A stretch of 64,000 bases of DNA, from NCBI GenBank assembly GCA_050173015.1, contig JBFXLE010000016.1:1-64000 (forward strand), in the 5' to 3' direction. Each line of letters begins with the position of its first letter. The stretch's first letter is position 1. A program made the position numbers and the translations under genes. The stretch is from Calditrichaceae bacterium (GTDB lineage: Bacteria; Calditrichota; Calditrichia; Calditrichales; JBFXGD01). Positions 29,736 to 39,956 of the stretch are shown here, piece after piece. The notes below the pieces were generated by a model, which saw only the letters and a list, made by a program, of their open reading frames with translations, was not told where the DNA came from and ran no database searches.

Positions 29736-30392
29736 TTATTGTATATTCACACCTATTTTTTCGGCGGTCTCTGAGGATAAGGCCAGAAACCGTTTTCCGT
29801 TTGTGATTAAAAAACTACTTTTATCAGGAAAAACCTCCGCCATCGTCCACAGAGTTCCGGTACGCAAACCGTTTTTTTCAAAATAATCAGAAATTTCGTC
29901 ATCCAAGTCCAGTTCTCTGACCACGAAGGAGTGTTCCTGTTCAATATTATTCAAACTGACCAACACGCCGTTTTTTTGCCAGGAAGGAATTATGGTGCCA
30001 TGCGGGTCTTTGCGGGGAAATCCCAGGTAAGCGTCGATTCGGTACATCAGCTGATCGGATATGACATGCTCCAGTAATTCCGCTTCTTCATGCACAACAT
30101 TTTCTTCCATTTCCAGTACACTTTCCAGAAAGGTTTCAATCAGACGATGTTTGCGCACCAGTTTTCTCGCTCTCATATCCCCTTTTTCAGTTAACCGGGC
30201 CCCATCGTTTTTATTATAAGTCAGCAGCTCCATCTTCTCAAGCTGGTTAAACATGGACAAAACCGTGGGAGGCTTTACATTCAGCCTGTCCGCCACTACT
30301 TTTGAAGCCGGCTTGAGATTGTTCTGCTCAAGATACCAGATGATCTTTATATAATTTTCCTGACTTGCTGACAAGTTCACATCTTTCCCCAT
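29736..30392 (-). CDS. DtxR/MntR family metal-dependent transcriptional regulator
   Basis: ENYIKII, wHTH, RKHRLIETFL, EAELLEH, DPHG. Confidence 0.9.
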   Translation of the reverse strand: MGKDVNLSASQENYIKIIWYLEQNNLKPASKVVADRLNVKPPTVLSMFNQLEKMELLTYNKNDGARLTEKGDMRARKLVRKHRLIETFLESVLEMEENVVHEEAELLEHVISDQLMYRIDAYLGFPRKDPHGTIIPSWQKNGVLVSLNNIEQEHSFVVRELDLDDEISDYFEKNGLRTGTLWTMAEVFPDKSSFLITNGKRFLALSSETAEKIGVNIQ

Positions 30393-30397
30393 TTGAA

Positions 30398-30411
30398 TTA
30401 GATACATCTAA
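30398..30411. promoter_or_regulatory. Candidate DtxR-family operator 1
   Basis: TTAGAT-AC-ATCTAA palindrome just upstream of the regulator start. Confidence 0.65.
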
Positions 30412-30470
30412 CAAATAATAAGGACTATCTATTCCCATGAATATTAAATTTTTCCGGCATCATTTAATAA

Positions 30471-30484
30471 TCAGACATATCTAA
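30471..30484. promoter_or_regulatory. Candidate DtxR-family operator 2
   Basis: TCAGACATATCTAA, degenerate copy of operator 1. Confidence 0.55.
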
Positions 30485-30530
30485 TATTTATAACTATTTA
30501 TGGAATGATTAAATTGTCGCGCGTAATATA

Positions 30531-32696
30531 CTAGTCCAGTTTTTTATAAACACCGTTCAGCCAGTTTTCAATATCTGATTTATACCATTTTGAAAACCGG
30601 TTTCCGGACGGACCGCCGGCGACATTTGTCAGGATTTCATCTTTATCCATCTCCGCGATCATCCGCCATGAAGGTGAAAACGATGAGATTCTTCCGGCGA
30701 ATTTAAAAATCTGACCCTGCGGGATGGTCGCCCTGCTTCCGGGCAGTTTCCGGTTTTTTTCATCAAATCCAAGAAACCCCGGTAATTTTCCGTCAAAGAA
30801 CATATTGTTCATGTCAAATTTTCTGGTATCACCGTATTTTTGTACGCGAATTTCAAGCCCCCTGTCGATGGCCTCCTTCAATTGAGCATCCCGTGACACA
30901 TTTTTAAACCAGGGGGAATCCGGATTCATGATCACATCATCAAAATTGCCGAAAAACGCGGTCAGGATACCTGTTTCAGTCAAGAGATACGTCATCGTGT
31001 CTTCACCGATACCCCGCGCTCCAAAAACGATTTTAATCATATTTTCATAAACTGATTCAAAAAGCGTGGCGCCAACGGAATCCAGTGTGTACATACAATC
31101 CCAGTTTTTCAGGATATTTCCGTTTATGCTGTCCGGCAGCAAGGGAGCGATCACCGTCATCAGTCTTTCAGCCTGTTTGGAATAGAAATCATAGTGCATA
31201 TTTTTGATATAGTCCGGATCAATCGTGTCGCTTTGTTCAAGCCATTCCATGATGCGTTGTACGCGATAAGGCGCCATTGGAAGATTAATGGGAGCCACTT
31301 CGCCAAATTTATTAAGATCATTATTGGCCGTCGCGAAATAACCGGAATCAGGGTTATAACAGGATGGGAATGTATCGGGATTCTCAAAACCCTTCCAATC
31401 GTTTTCGGGCAGCCAGCCCGGAACCGGGAGAAGTCCGCTGTTGTTTTCCCGGCGAACCGGCATTCTTCCGTTCATCTGATACCCGATATTCCCCTCTGTA
31501 TCCGCAAATACCCAGTTGAACGTGGGCATGGTAATGAGTCGGAACTGTTTTTTGGCTTCTTCCACCGATTTGATTTCTTCTACCCGCATAAAAATATTGA
31601 AGATTTCGGCGCCGGCGCCTTCTCTTCCCGTGAATCCCATGGCCAAATATTTCCCCGGAACATCGGGTGTACCCTCAAGCACCCCGTGATGATTTTCATA
31701 GTATGTAAGGGTAATTTCTTCTTTCTTTTTAGGTTTAAGTATTTCGGTTCTTTTTTCAAACGGAATCCACCGGTCATCATACCGAAATTTCTCATCTTTG
31801 CAGTCTTCAATAAAATAATCAATCATATCCATAAAACCGTAGGTGCCGCCCCAGGCCAAATGATTGCTTTTTCCCATTACCATCACAGGTAAACCCGGCA
31901 TGGTAATTCCCATCACCTTACTGTCGCCCGTTTTCCAGATCATCTCGTACCATAATCCTGGCAGACGGTTAATTTCCAAATGCGGATCGGTCGCCAGAAT
32001 TGTTTTTCCTGATTTTGTTTTCTGACCGCTGACAACCCAGTTGTTACTGGATTGGATATTCGGAAGTATCTGATTCCAGATATGCGATGGAACCATTTCA
32101 TGCACTAACCGGATTTGTTTTATCAGGTCATAGTCGATTTTTTCTTCAAGATACGGAAACATTGCCCTGATACGGTCTTCATCGAGATCATGCTTTATGA
32201 GCTGAATCAGCAATTTTTCCATATCGCCCTGCGCCTGGGCCAGCCCGATGTAACCCATGATTTTGGCCGTTAGCAATGAATGTCCCGGTTCCCACTTTTC
32301 CGGTTTATATCCGATCAGTTTATATTCCAACGGCCGCTTTCCTTTGGATATCACTTCGTTTATTCCGGCGCAATACGCGTCGAGTTCTGATCTGATATCG
32401 GGTTTAAGCTTTTTTATCTCTTCTTCGATGCCTCTCTCAAAGCTAATCCAGCGCATATATTTATCAATCTCAATAAGTTCATCCGTACCCGCGAGCAGTT
32501 CCGAAGCGCGTCCTTGTCCGAGAATCCGAACCATTGTCATCTGCACAAGACGGTCCGACGCCTGGGCATATCCAATCCCAAAACACAGATCTTCCCGATT
32601 GGATGCCGTAATAACCGGGACTCCGGATTGATTTCTTTTGATGGTGATTTTGTTGTGAATGGCCTGTAATTCGAATGTTTTTGTGGAAGAGTTCAT
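30531..32696 (-). CDS. Penicillin acylase family Ntn-hydrolase (S45)
   Basis: GVPVI, GYAQASDRL, autocatalytic SNNWVV, DPHL and TANN motifs; GAGG RBS favours ATG 32696. Confidence 0.9.
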   Translation of the reverse strand: MNSSTKTFELQAIHNKITIKRNQSGVPVITASNREDLCFGIGYAQASDRLVQMTMVRILGQGRASELLAGTDELIEIDKYMRWISFERGIEEEIKKLKPDIRSELDAYCAGINEVISKGKRPLEYKLIGYKPEKWEPGHSLLTAKIMGYIGLAQAQGDMEKLLIQLIKHDLDEDRIRAMFPYLEEKIDYDLIKQIRLVHEMVPSHIWNQILPNIQSSNNWVVSGQKTKSGKTILATDPHLEINRLPGLWYEMIWKTGDSKVMGITMPGLPVMVMGKSNHLAWGGTYGFMDMIDYFIEDCKDEKFRYDDRWIPFEKRTEILKPKKKEEITLTYYENHHGVLEGTPDVPGKYLAMGFTGREGAGAEIFNIFMRVEEIKSVEEAKKQFRLITMPTFNWVFADTEGNIGYQMNGRMPVRRENNSGLLPVPGWLPENDWKGFENPDTFPSCYNPDSGYFATANNDLNKFGEVAPINLPMAPYRVQRIMEWLEQSDTIDPDYIKNMHYDFYSKQAERLMTVIAPLLPDSINGNILKNWDCMYTLDSVGATLFESVYENMIKIVFGARGIGEDTMTYLLTETGILTAFFGNFDDVIMNPDSPWFKNVSRDAQLKEAIDRGLEIRVQKYGDTRKFDMNNMFFDGKLPGFLGFDEKNRKLPGSRATIPQGQIFKFAGRISSFSPSWRMIAEMDKDEILTNVAGGPSGNRFSKWYKSDIENWLNGVYKKLD

Positions 32697-32818
32697 TTTA
32701 ACCTCATTGAGATTTTTTGATAGTTTCACGGTTAAAACATAACAAGATATTGGCTGAATGAATAGTAAAATCTAAAAAAAACAAACAAAATAAATTCTGA
32801 AAAATCTGCTTACTGATC

Positions 32819-33166
32819 TCATGACCGTTCGGGACCCGGTCCTTTCCATCTGAAAACATCAAGATCTGTCCGCCCGTTTTCACCAAAGACTACCCCTTCC
32901 GCCTCCAGCAGGAGGCGCTGCCGGAGATCACCATTTCCGTCCGAACGCGGGCTTATACCACCCTGACTGTTTATAACGCGCTGCCACGGAACATCGCTTC
33001 CGGCAGGGAGCGCGGCCATGGCGTAACCCACCATTCGCGGAGTGCATGAGCCGACCATTTTCGCTATCTGACCATAAGTAGCCACTTGTCCCGATGGTAT
33101 CCCGCTGACAAGCAGATAAATTTTATCATAGATTGAATGCGGTCGTTTATTTGATTTTTTTATCAT
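32819..33166 (-). CDS. atl: Alkyltransferase-like protein (MGMT family, PW instead of PC)
   Basis: IPSGQVATYGQIA, RMVGYAM, VPWQRVINSQG, LEAEGV. Confidence 0.85.
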   Translation of the reverse strand: MIKKSNKRPHSIYDKIYLLVSGIPSGQVATYGQIAKMVGSCTPRMVGYAMAALPAGSDVPWQRVINSQGGISPRSDGNGDLRQRLLLEAEGVVFGENGRTDLDVFRWKGPGPERS

Positions 33167-33186
33167 CTTTTGCTTTATAATCTGAG

Positions 33187-34017
33187 TTATTTTACAAGCC
33201 TGATGCCTTTTTCCCCAATACTGATTTTTCCATCCTTATATAATCCACCGATCACTTTCTTAAACATTTTTTTACTCATCCGGAAAGTTTCTTCAATCTC
33301 ACGCGGGGAACTTTTATCATTATAAGGAAGGAATCCTCCCGCTTTTTCGAGAAGATCCATTACATCCGGTTTAGAATCGATTACTGCTTTATATCCAAGC
33401 GGTTTGAGACTCAGGTCAATCTTTTTGTCATCTCTGATATTTTTTATATATCCAATCCTGGAATCTCCGACTCTCATTTCTTCTCTAATTTCTTCCGCGT
33501 ACAGCATGCCGGAATATTTATTATCAATGATAGCCATCATTCCCAAATCCGTCTGCCTGTAAATAAGTAGATTGACCTCAAGATTTTCTTTCAAATTATC
33601 CGGATCGCTTTTTAGATATTTTTGTATTTTTGTGGTCGCGAAGAGCCGGTTCGTCTTTGAATCAAGGCAAAGCCGGACAATATAAGATTCGCCCTGCGAC
33701 ATTCTAATCTTCTGTTCTCTGAAGGGTACAAAGAGATCTTTTTCCAGCCCCCAGTCCAGGAAAGCGCCGAAACGATTGACATCTTTTACTCTTAAAAAAG
33801 CAAACTCATCCAGAATCGCTTTTGGCGTAAGAGTTGTGGCGATCAACCGGTCTTCGGAGTCTGTATATATGAATACACTTATCTTATCACCCGGTTTTGA
33901 ATTTTTCGGAACATATTTGGCGGGGAGAAGGACTTCTTCATCCCCTTCTTTCAGATAAAGTCCAAAGTTAACCAGTCGTTCAACCCGGAGTTCGTTATAT
34001 TTCCCTATTTTAATCAT
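33187..34017 (-). CDS. CvfB-like S1-domain RNA-binding protein
   Basis: FGLYL..EVLLP, GAFLDWGLEKDLFVP and MSKKMFKKVIGGLYK motifs. Confidence 0.9.
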   Translation of the reverse strand: MIKIGKYNELRVERLVNFGLYLKEGDEEVLLPAKYVPKNSKPGDKISVFIYTDSEDRLIATTLTPKAILDEFAFLRVKDVNRFGAFLDWGLEKDLFVPFREQKIRMSQGESYIVRLCLDSKTNRLFATTKIQKYLKSDPDNLKENLEVNLLIYRQTDLGMMAIIDNKYSGMLYAEEIREEMRVGDSRIGYIKNIRDDKKIDLSLKPLGYKAVIDSKPDVMDLLEKAGGFLPYNDKSSPREIEETFRMSKKMFKKVIGGLYKDGKISIGEKGIRLVK

Positions 34018-34174
34018 TCAATTTCCCTGCAATCTGTAAAATATGAGACATCTGTTCTGACTTTACGACCTATTAACATTTACTCTGATGTCGTTCAATT
34101 CAAAAATAATATAATAAACCGGATTATAAAAATTATTTATTTCTTGACCTGATATTTCATCGTATTACATTTAT

Positions 34175-34188
34175 ACCGACCGGTCGGT
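34175..34188. promoter_or_regulatory. TetR operator candidate next to a sigma70-like promoter
   Basis: Perfect palindrome ACCGACCGGTCGGT downstream of TTGACC (34144) and TACATT (34166). Confidence 0.75.
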
Positions 34189-34209
34189 CATTTTAATAAT
34201 TGAGGATTT

Positions 34210-34824
34210 ATGGCGCCAAGGATTGTTAACAAAGAACAAAAAAAGAATGAAATTATGCTTGCCGCCATGCGTGTTTTTGCCGCAAAGGGAGCGGCAAAAG
34301 CAAAAATGACGGATATCGCCACGGAAGCCGGCATTGGGAAAGGTACCATTTATGAGTACTTTCACGGCAAGGAGGATATATTCGCCGCGGCGTTTAATTA
34401 TCATTTTCAGACCATAGAAGATGCCACTCGCGCAACCATTATATCTTCAAAAGATCCCGTGACAAAACTAAATCTGCTTGTTCAGCACTCGCTCCGGATA
34501 TTTTTAAGTGATTCAGGGGAATTCGCGGAAATAATGATGGATTTCTGGGCGGAGGGGATCAGAAACAAAGATTCAAAAATATTAAAAATTATCGATCTGA
34601 ATCAAATCTATATCAATTACCGTAAATATATTTCAGATATTCTGGCTGAAGGGATTCAATCCGGAATTTTTAGAGTATTGGATACAAATGCCATGTCATC
34701 CGTCTTGATCGCGGCTCTTGATGGATTGAGTTTGCAATGGATTATGGCGCGCGAAACATTTGATCTCCAAAAAGCGGCAGACATCATGCTCGACGGATTT
34801 TTAAACGGAATCATCAAATCATAA
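34210..34824 (+). CDS. TetR/AcrR family transcriptional regulator
   Basis: IATEAGIGKGTIYEYFHGKEDI HTH. Confidence 0.93.
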   Translation: MAPRIVNKEQKKNEIMLAAMRVFAAKGAAKAKMTDIATEAGIGKGTIYEYFHGKEDIFAAAFNYHFQTIEDATRATIISSKDPVTKLNLLVQHSLRIFLSDSGEFAEIMMDFWAEGIRNKDSKILKIIDLNQIYINYRKYISDILAEGIQSGIFRVLDTNAMSSVLIAALDGLSLQWIMARETFDLQKAADIMLDGFLNGIIKS

Positions 34825-34835
34825 AGGCGGGGACG

Positions 34836-35591
34836 ATGAAAATTCAACTGCTAATTATCCTGTTAATTTTAGCGCCGGTTTTGATCTTTTCTCAGGACAG
34901 CGGCGAATCGGCCAAAGAAATTGTCCGAAAGGCAAATGATCTGCTCAGGGCAAACAGCAGTATCGCCCAGGTGACCATGGAAATCGTTAAGCCCGACTGG
35001 TCCAGAAAATACTCAATGAAAATCTGGTCGCTGGAACCGGAGTACGGCCTTGTTCTCATCACTTCTCCGGCAAAAGACAAGGGTTTGGTGACTTTGAAAC
35101 GGGAACAGGAGGTTTGGAACTGGATCCCGGCGGTACAAAGAATGATTAAAATTCCGCCGTCCATGATGCTGCAGTCGTGGATGGGTTCCGATTTTACCAA
35201 TGATGATCTTGTGCGCCAGTCCTCTGTTGTAGATGACTATGAGCATCGTATCCTGGAAGAAGAGAAACTGAATGAATATACCTGCTATAAACTGGAGCTT
35301 ATACCAAAACCGGAAGCGGGCGTGGTCTGGGGAAAAATACTGTTGTGGGTTTCGAAAGACAGCTATCTCGAGCTGAAAAGCGAGTATTATGATGAGGACG
35401 GTATCCTGATAAAATATATGACCGGAAGCAATGTCAGGAAAATGGGCGACAGAATCATTCCGTCACGCTGGGAAATGATTCCGGTCGATAAACCGGGCCA
35501 AAAAACCGTATTTGAATATGAGGACATGAAATTTAATGTCAAAATCGACCGTGCGTTCTTTTCAGAACAGAATATGAAACGTGTCAGATAG
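34836..35591 (+). CDS. LolA-like outer membrane lipoprotein-sorting protein
   Basis: Signal peptide; SWMGSDFTNDDL motif; ABC operon context. Confidence 0.85.
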   Translation: MKIQLLIILLILAPVLIFSQDSGESAKEIVRKANDLLRANSSIAQVTMEIVKPDWSRKYSMKIWSLEPEYGLVLITSPAKDKGLVTLKREQEVWNWIPAVQRMIKIPPSMMLQSWMGSDFTNDDLVRQSSVVDDYEHRILEEEKLNEYTCYKLELIPKPEAGVVWGKILLWVSKDSYLELKSEYYDEDGILIKYMTGSNVRKMGDRIIPSRWEMIPVDKPGQKTVFEYEDMKFNVKIDRAFFSEQNMKRVR

Positions 35592-35603
35592 GAAAGGAAC
35601 GCC

Positions 35604-36818
35604 ATGTATTTTATATTAAGCTGGCGGAATTTGTGGCGTAACAAAAAACGGACAGTTATTGTGGGCGCGTCCATATTTTTTGCCGTTATTCTCGCAGTTT
35701 TTATGCGTTCCGGCCAGCTCGGATCTTACAGCTATATGATTCACTCATCGGCAAAACTTTTCACCGGCTATTTACAGATTCAGGGAAAAGATTATTGGGA
35801 AAACCGTTCACTTGACTACAGCATTGTAATTGACGATCATCAAAGGGGAAAAATTGATAGTCTTCGGTATATCACTTCCGCGACTCCCCGGCTTGAGTCA
35901 TTCGCGTTAATTTCATATAAAAAGTTGACCAAGGTGTCACAGGTGATCGGTATCGATCCCGGTTTAGAGGACCGGATGAACGGTTTAAGTGACCGGGTTA
36001 TCAGTGGGCAATATCTTGATAACGGAGAAGAAGGCATCCTGGTTGCAGAAGGCCTGGCCAAAATGCTGAAGGTGAATACCGGTGACAGTATCATCATTTA
36101 CGGACAGGGTTATCACGGGCAGATTGCCGCGGCCCGTTTACCTGTTAAAGGGATAGTAAAACTTCCCTTTCCTGAGATGAATAACGCCCTGGTATATCTC
36201 AGCCTGCAAAACGCGCAGGAGGTATATTCCGCTCTCGGACGCGTCACCTCCCTCTCTCTCATGATCAATGATATCAGAAATTTGGATGAAGTCCTTATTG
36301 AAATCAGGAAGATATTCGGATCCGATTATAACGTCATGACCTGGGATGAGATGATGCCGGAACTGGAGCAGAGCATTCAGATGGACAATGTCAGCGGCAT
36401 CATTATGCTTGCCATTCTGTACATCGTTATCGCATTTGGCGTTTTTGGAACAGTGATGATGATGACCACCGAGAGAACACGCGAATTTGGCATTTTAATT
36501 TCCGTGGGTATGAAAAAATCCAAACTTATCGCGGTCACGACCATAGAATCGATAATGATTTCCTTTCTGGGGGTTATCGTAGGATTTCTCGGCAGTATCC
36601 CGGTCATTTATTATTTCTATTATAATCCGATCCGGCTGACAGGAGAAATGGCGAGAGCGTATGAAACACTTGGCATTGAAGCCATCATGGCCTTTAGCGT
36701 CGACCCCGGTATTTTCCTGGGGCAATCCGTGGTGGTACTGATTATTGCTCTGACCACCGCCATGTATCCGTTTCTTTTCATCAACCGTTTAACAGTTGTA
36801 GAAGCGATCACTAAATAA
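35604..36818 (+). CDS. ABC permease, MacB/FtsX/LolE type
   Basis: WRNLWRNKKRT; periplasmic loop; ERTREFGILISVGM. Confidence 0.9.
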   Translation: MYFILSWRNLWRNKKRTVIVGASIFFAVILAVFMRSGQLGSYSYMIHSSAKLFTGYLQIQGKDYWENRSLDYSIVIDDHQRGKIDSLRYITSATPRLESFALISYKKLTKVSQVIGIDPGLEDRMNGLSDRVISGQYLDNGEEGILVAEGLAKMLKVNTGDSIIIYGQGYHGQIAAARLPVKGIVKLPFPEMNNALVYLSLQNAQEVYSALGRVTSLSLMINDIRNLDEVLIEIRKIFGSDYNVMTWDEMMPELEQSIQMDNVSGIIMLAILYIVIAFGVFGTVMMMTTERTREFGILISVGMKKSKLIAVTTIESIMISFLGVIVGFLGSIPVIYYFYYNPIRLTGEMARAYETLGIEAIMAFSVDPGIFLGQSVVVLIIALTTAMYPFLFINRLTVVEAITK

Positions 36819-36830
36819 TCAGGGGGATGA

Positions 36831-38045
36831 ATGCTGATCACGCTTGCCTGGAAAAATATCTGGAGAAATAAAAAACGCAGTCTTATCGTCTTTGCCGCCA
36901 TTATTTTTGGCTTGTGGGGCGGGCTGATTTCCGGCGCTATCATGATGGGTTTCGGTGAATCAATGGTCAACTCAGCTATTGACCGCGATCTTTCCCACAT
37001 CCAACTGCATAAAAAGGGGTACTCCGAGAACAAGGAAATTACGGATTTTATCCCTGACGCTCTCGCGATCATGGACACGCTTCGCCATATGTCCGCGGTC
37101 AGTAATGTTGCCGGACGTACCGTCATCGAAGGTATGGGCGCCTCCCCTGCTTCGGTCTTTGGTGTAAAAATTATCGGGATTGATCCGGCGGAGTCTGTGA
37201 AAGTCACTGATATCCATAAAAAGCTGATTGAGGGCAATTACTTTGAAACGAACGACAGAAACCCGGTTGTGATCGGCGCGAAACTTGCTGAAAGACTAAA
37301 GCTGAAACTGCGGTCTAAAATCGTACTCAGTTTCCAGGGACTTGATGGTTCGATAATTTACACAGCCTGTAGGGTTGTTGGAATCTTTAAATCGGAATCA
37401 AGCCTATTTGATGAGATGCATCTGTTTGCGCTGCAGGAAGATTTGTTCCGACTTCTAAATACGGAACCGATTATTCATGAAATTGCCGTTCGCGTCAAAT
37501 CCGCGAGACTTTTGCCGGTAGCATACGGCGAAATAAAATCAGATTTTCAGAATCTGTCGGTCATGAACTGGATGGAGATCGCCCCGGAGATTGCCTTTAC
37601 CGCCTCCTATATGGAAGGCTTCACATATTTATTCGTAGCCATCATCCTGCTCGCTCTGCTTTTCGGAATAACCAACACCATGCTGATGTCAGTGGTCGAA
37701 CGCGTCAGGGAGCTGGGGATACTCATTGCCGTGGGTATGAAAAGAAGCAAAGTTTTTTTGATGATTCTCTGGGAGACAATAATGCTTTCCGTCACCGGCG
37801 GCATATTAGGCATGATAACCGGAGGAGTTACCATTTTTTATTATTACAGGTCCGGGATGGATTTTTCAATTGTCGCTGACAGCATGGCAAGTTTTGGCGC
37901 AAGCGCGGTTGTGTATCCATTTTTGCCCTTTTCAATGTATATCATCATCACATTTATGATCATCATCGCCGCGAATATAGCGGCAATTCTGCCGGCCTGG
38001 AAGGCGATTCACTTACTGCCGTCCGAAGCCATTCGCGTTTATTAG
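36831..38045 (+). CDS. ABC permease, MacB/FtsX/LolE type
   Basis: WKNIWRNKKRS; ERVRELGILIAVGM. Confidence 0.9.
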   Translation: MLITLAWKNIWRNKKRSLIVFAAIIFGLWGGLISGAIMMGFGESMVNSAIDRDLSHIQLHKKGYSENKEITDFIPDALAIMDTLRHMSAVSNVAGRTVIEGMGASPASVFGVKIIGIDPAESVKVTDIHKKLIEGNYFETNDRNPVVIGAKLAERLKLKLRSKIVLSFQGLDGSIIYTACRVVGIFKSESSLFDEMHLFALQEDLFRLLNTEPIIHEIAVRVKSARLLPVAYGEIKSDFQNLSVMNWMEIAPEIAFTASYMEGFTYLFVAIILLALLFGITNTMLMSVVERVRELGILIAVGMKRSKVFLMILWETIMLSVTGGILGMITGGVTIFYYYRSGMDFSIVADSMASFGASAVVYPFLPFSMYIIITFMIIIAANIAAILPAWKAIHLLPSEAIRVY

Positions 38046-38080
38046 AGCGGTAGATTAAAATATAACCAGGAGATGAAAGC

Positions 38081-38767
38081 ATGGCGCTTATTGAACTGTC
38101 AGGGCTGGAAAAAACATATAATACCACGGCTGTCCCGGTTCATGCCGTAAGAAATATCGGGTTAACTTTTGAAGCAAAAGAATTTACCGCGATCGTCGGC
38201 CCTTCGGGATCGGGAAAGACCACACTGCTCAATCTCATCGGCGGTTTGGATAAACCGACAAGAGGAAAAGTAGTCATCGGCGGTGTGGATATTTCCACAA
38301 TGAAACCCGGTGAACTTGTGAATTACAGGTTGCATCATATCGGCTTTGTTTTTCAGGCGTATAATCTCATTCCTGTATTTAACGCGCGGGAAAATGTTGA
38401 ATTCATAATGTTGCTTCAAAAAATACCCAAAGAGGAGCGCGACCGCAGGGCGCTGGAGCTTCTGAAGGCCGTTGGTCTGAGTGACCGGACGGACGCGAGA
38501 CCTTCTCAACTTTCAGGGGGACAACAACAGCGTGTGGCCGTGGCAAGAGCGCTCGCTTCACGGCCGGCCTTTGTGCTTGCCGATGAACCCACGGCGAACC
38601 TGGATTCAGAATCAGCCGAATCTTTACTGGATTTGATGGAAGAATTAAATCAGTCATCCGGCATGACATTTCTTTTTTCGACTCATGACGCGAGAGTGAT
38701 AAAACGCGCGCATCGGGTGATAACATTAAAGGACGGCGCGATATTTTCAGATGAGAAGAGAAACTAA
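38081..38767 (+). CDS. ABC ATP-binding protein (LolD-like)
   Basis: GPSGSGKT, LSGGQQQRV, LADEPTANLD. Confidence 0.93.
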   Translation: MALIELSGLEKTYNTTAVPVHAVRNIGLTFEAKEFTAIVGPSGSGKTTLLNLIGGLDKPTRGKVVIGGVDISTMKPGELVNYRLHHIGFVFQAYNLIPVFNARENVEFIMLLQKIPKEERDRRALELLKAVGLSDRTDARPSQLSGGQQQRVAVARALASRPAFVLADEPTANLDSESAESLLDLMEELNQSSGMTFLFSTHDARVIKRAHRVITLKDGAIFSDEKRN

Positions 38768-38771
38768 GCCT

Positions 38772-39956
38772 ATGCGTCATCCAATATTTTTAATCATATT
38801 ATTTTATTTGACTTCTTTCGGACAAGCCGATGATTACGAGGTTAACGGATATGCCAAATATCTTTTTTCTTCATCCCGGCTGGCCGGTGATGAAAACCGT
38901 CTTAATGATCACTTACTTCATGCCCGGCTCAATACCCGCTGGTCCCCGACTTTTTCATTCTACTCCGTACTGGAAACAAGATTACGCGGGTATTATGGTG
39001 ACTCCGTCAGTGAGGTTCCCGGGTTCAAAGATCTTATAAAAAACAAATATGATTTACTTGATCTGGATGCCGTGCTTCTTGATAAAAGTGACTCCTACAT
39101 ATACGCGGAAATTGACCGTTTGTATTTTGATTATACCACGGGAAAACTGGAGATGACCATCGGCAGGCAGCGAATCGCCTGGGGCACATCGCTCGTCTGG
39201 AATATCACCGATTTATTCAATCCCAAGTCCGTTCTGGATTTTGATTATGAAGAGATGCCCGGCGCCGATGCCCTTCGACTTCAGTATTACACCGGCGCGG
39301 TCTCAAAAGCCGAATTCGTCATAAAACCGGGAGAAAACCGGTATACGAGAACAATTGCCGGATTATGGTCCATCAACACAGCCGGTTATGATATTTTTTT
39401 TATCGGAGGCTTGAAAAACAACCGAAAAATAGCGGGATTTTCCTGGGCAGGTGATATTCGGGGAGCCGGATTCAGGGGTGAGATAACATTCAGCGATCCC
39501 CCTAAAAAAGGGACACCGGCGGAATTCATGATACCTGATTTATACGGCAGCAGCATAACAGAAGAAAACAGGAACAGTCTTAGCGTCGTCCTCTCCGGAG
39601 ATTATACCTTCGAAAACTCATTTTACATTCACACCGAGATGCTGTATAATAACGTCGGAAAAACGAAAAACACCGGTCTCTTCTCCTATCAGGCAGGCGA
39701 TGCGGGCCTTCTCTCACCCGCCCGCTGGTCCGTTTATCATGAATTTTCCTACAATATTACTCCGCTCACCAGAGGAACCGTGTTTTTGATATACAATCCG
39801 TCTGACCGTTCATCAATTACCGTACCGCTGATCAGCCATTCTTTAACGGAATCCGTCGATCTCATGCTGATCGGTTTTCTCTCATCAGGTAAACGATTTA
39901 CGGAATACGGTGATGCCGGTGACTCCTTCTTTTTAAGGATGAGATATTCATTTTGA
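38772..39956 (+). CDS. Probable outer-membrane beta-barrel protein
   Basis: Signal peptide; IDRLY..IGRQRIAWG pattern; C-terminal YSF. Confidence 0.75.
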   Translation: MRHPIFLIILFYLTSFGQADDYEVNGYAKYLFSSSRLAGDENRLNDHLLHARLNTRWSPTFSFYSVLETRLRGYYGDSVSEVPGFKDLIKNKYDLLDLDAVLLDKSDSYIYAEIDRLYFDYTTGKLEMTIGRQRIAWGTSLVWNITDLFNPKSVLDFDYEEMPGADALRLQYYTGAVSKAEFVIKPGENRYTRTIAGLWSINTAGYDIFFIGGLKNNRKIAGFSWAGDIRGAGFRGEITFSDPPKKGTPAEFMIPDLYGSSITEENRNSLSVVLSGDYTFENSFYIHTEMLYNNVGKTKNTGLFSYQAGDAGLLSPARWSVYHEFSYNITPLTRGTVFLIYNPSDRSSITVPLISHSLTESVDLMLIGFLSSGKRFTEYGDAGDSFFLRMRYSF

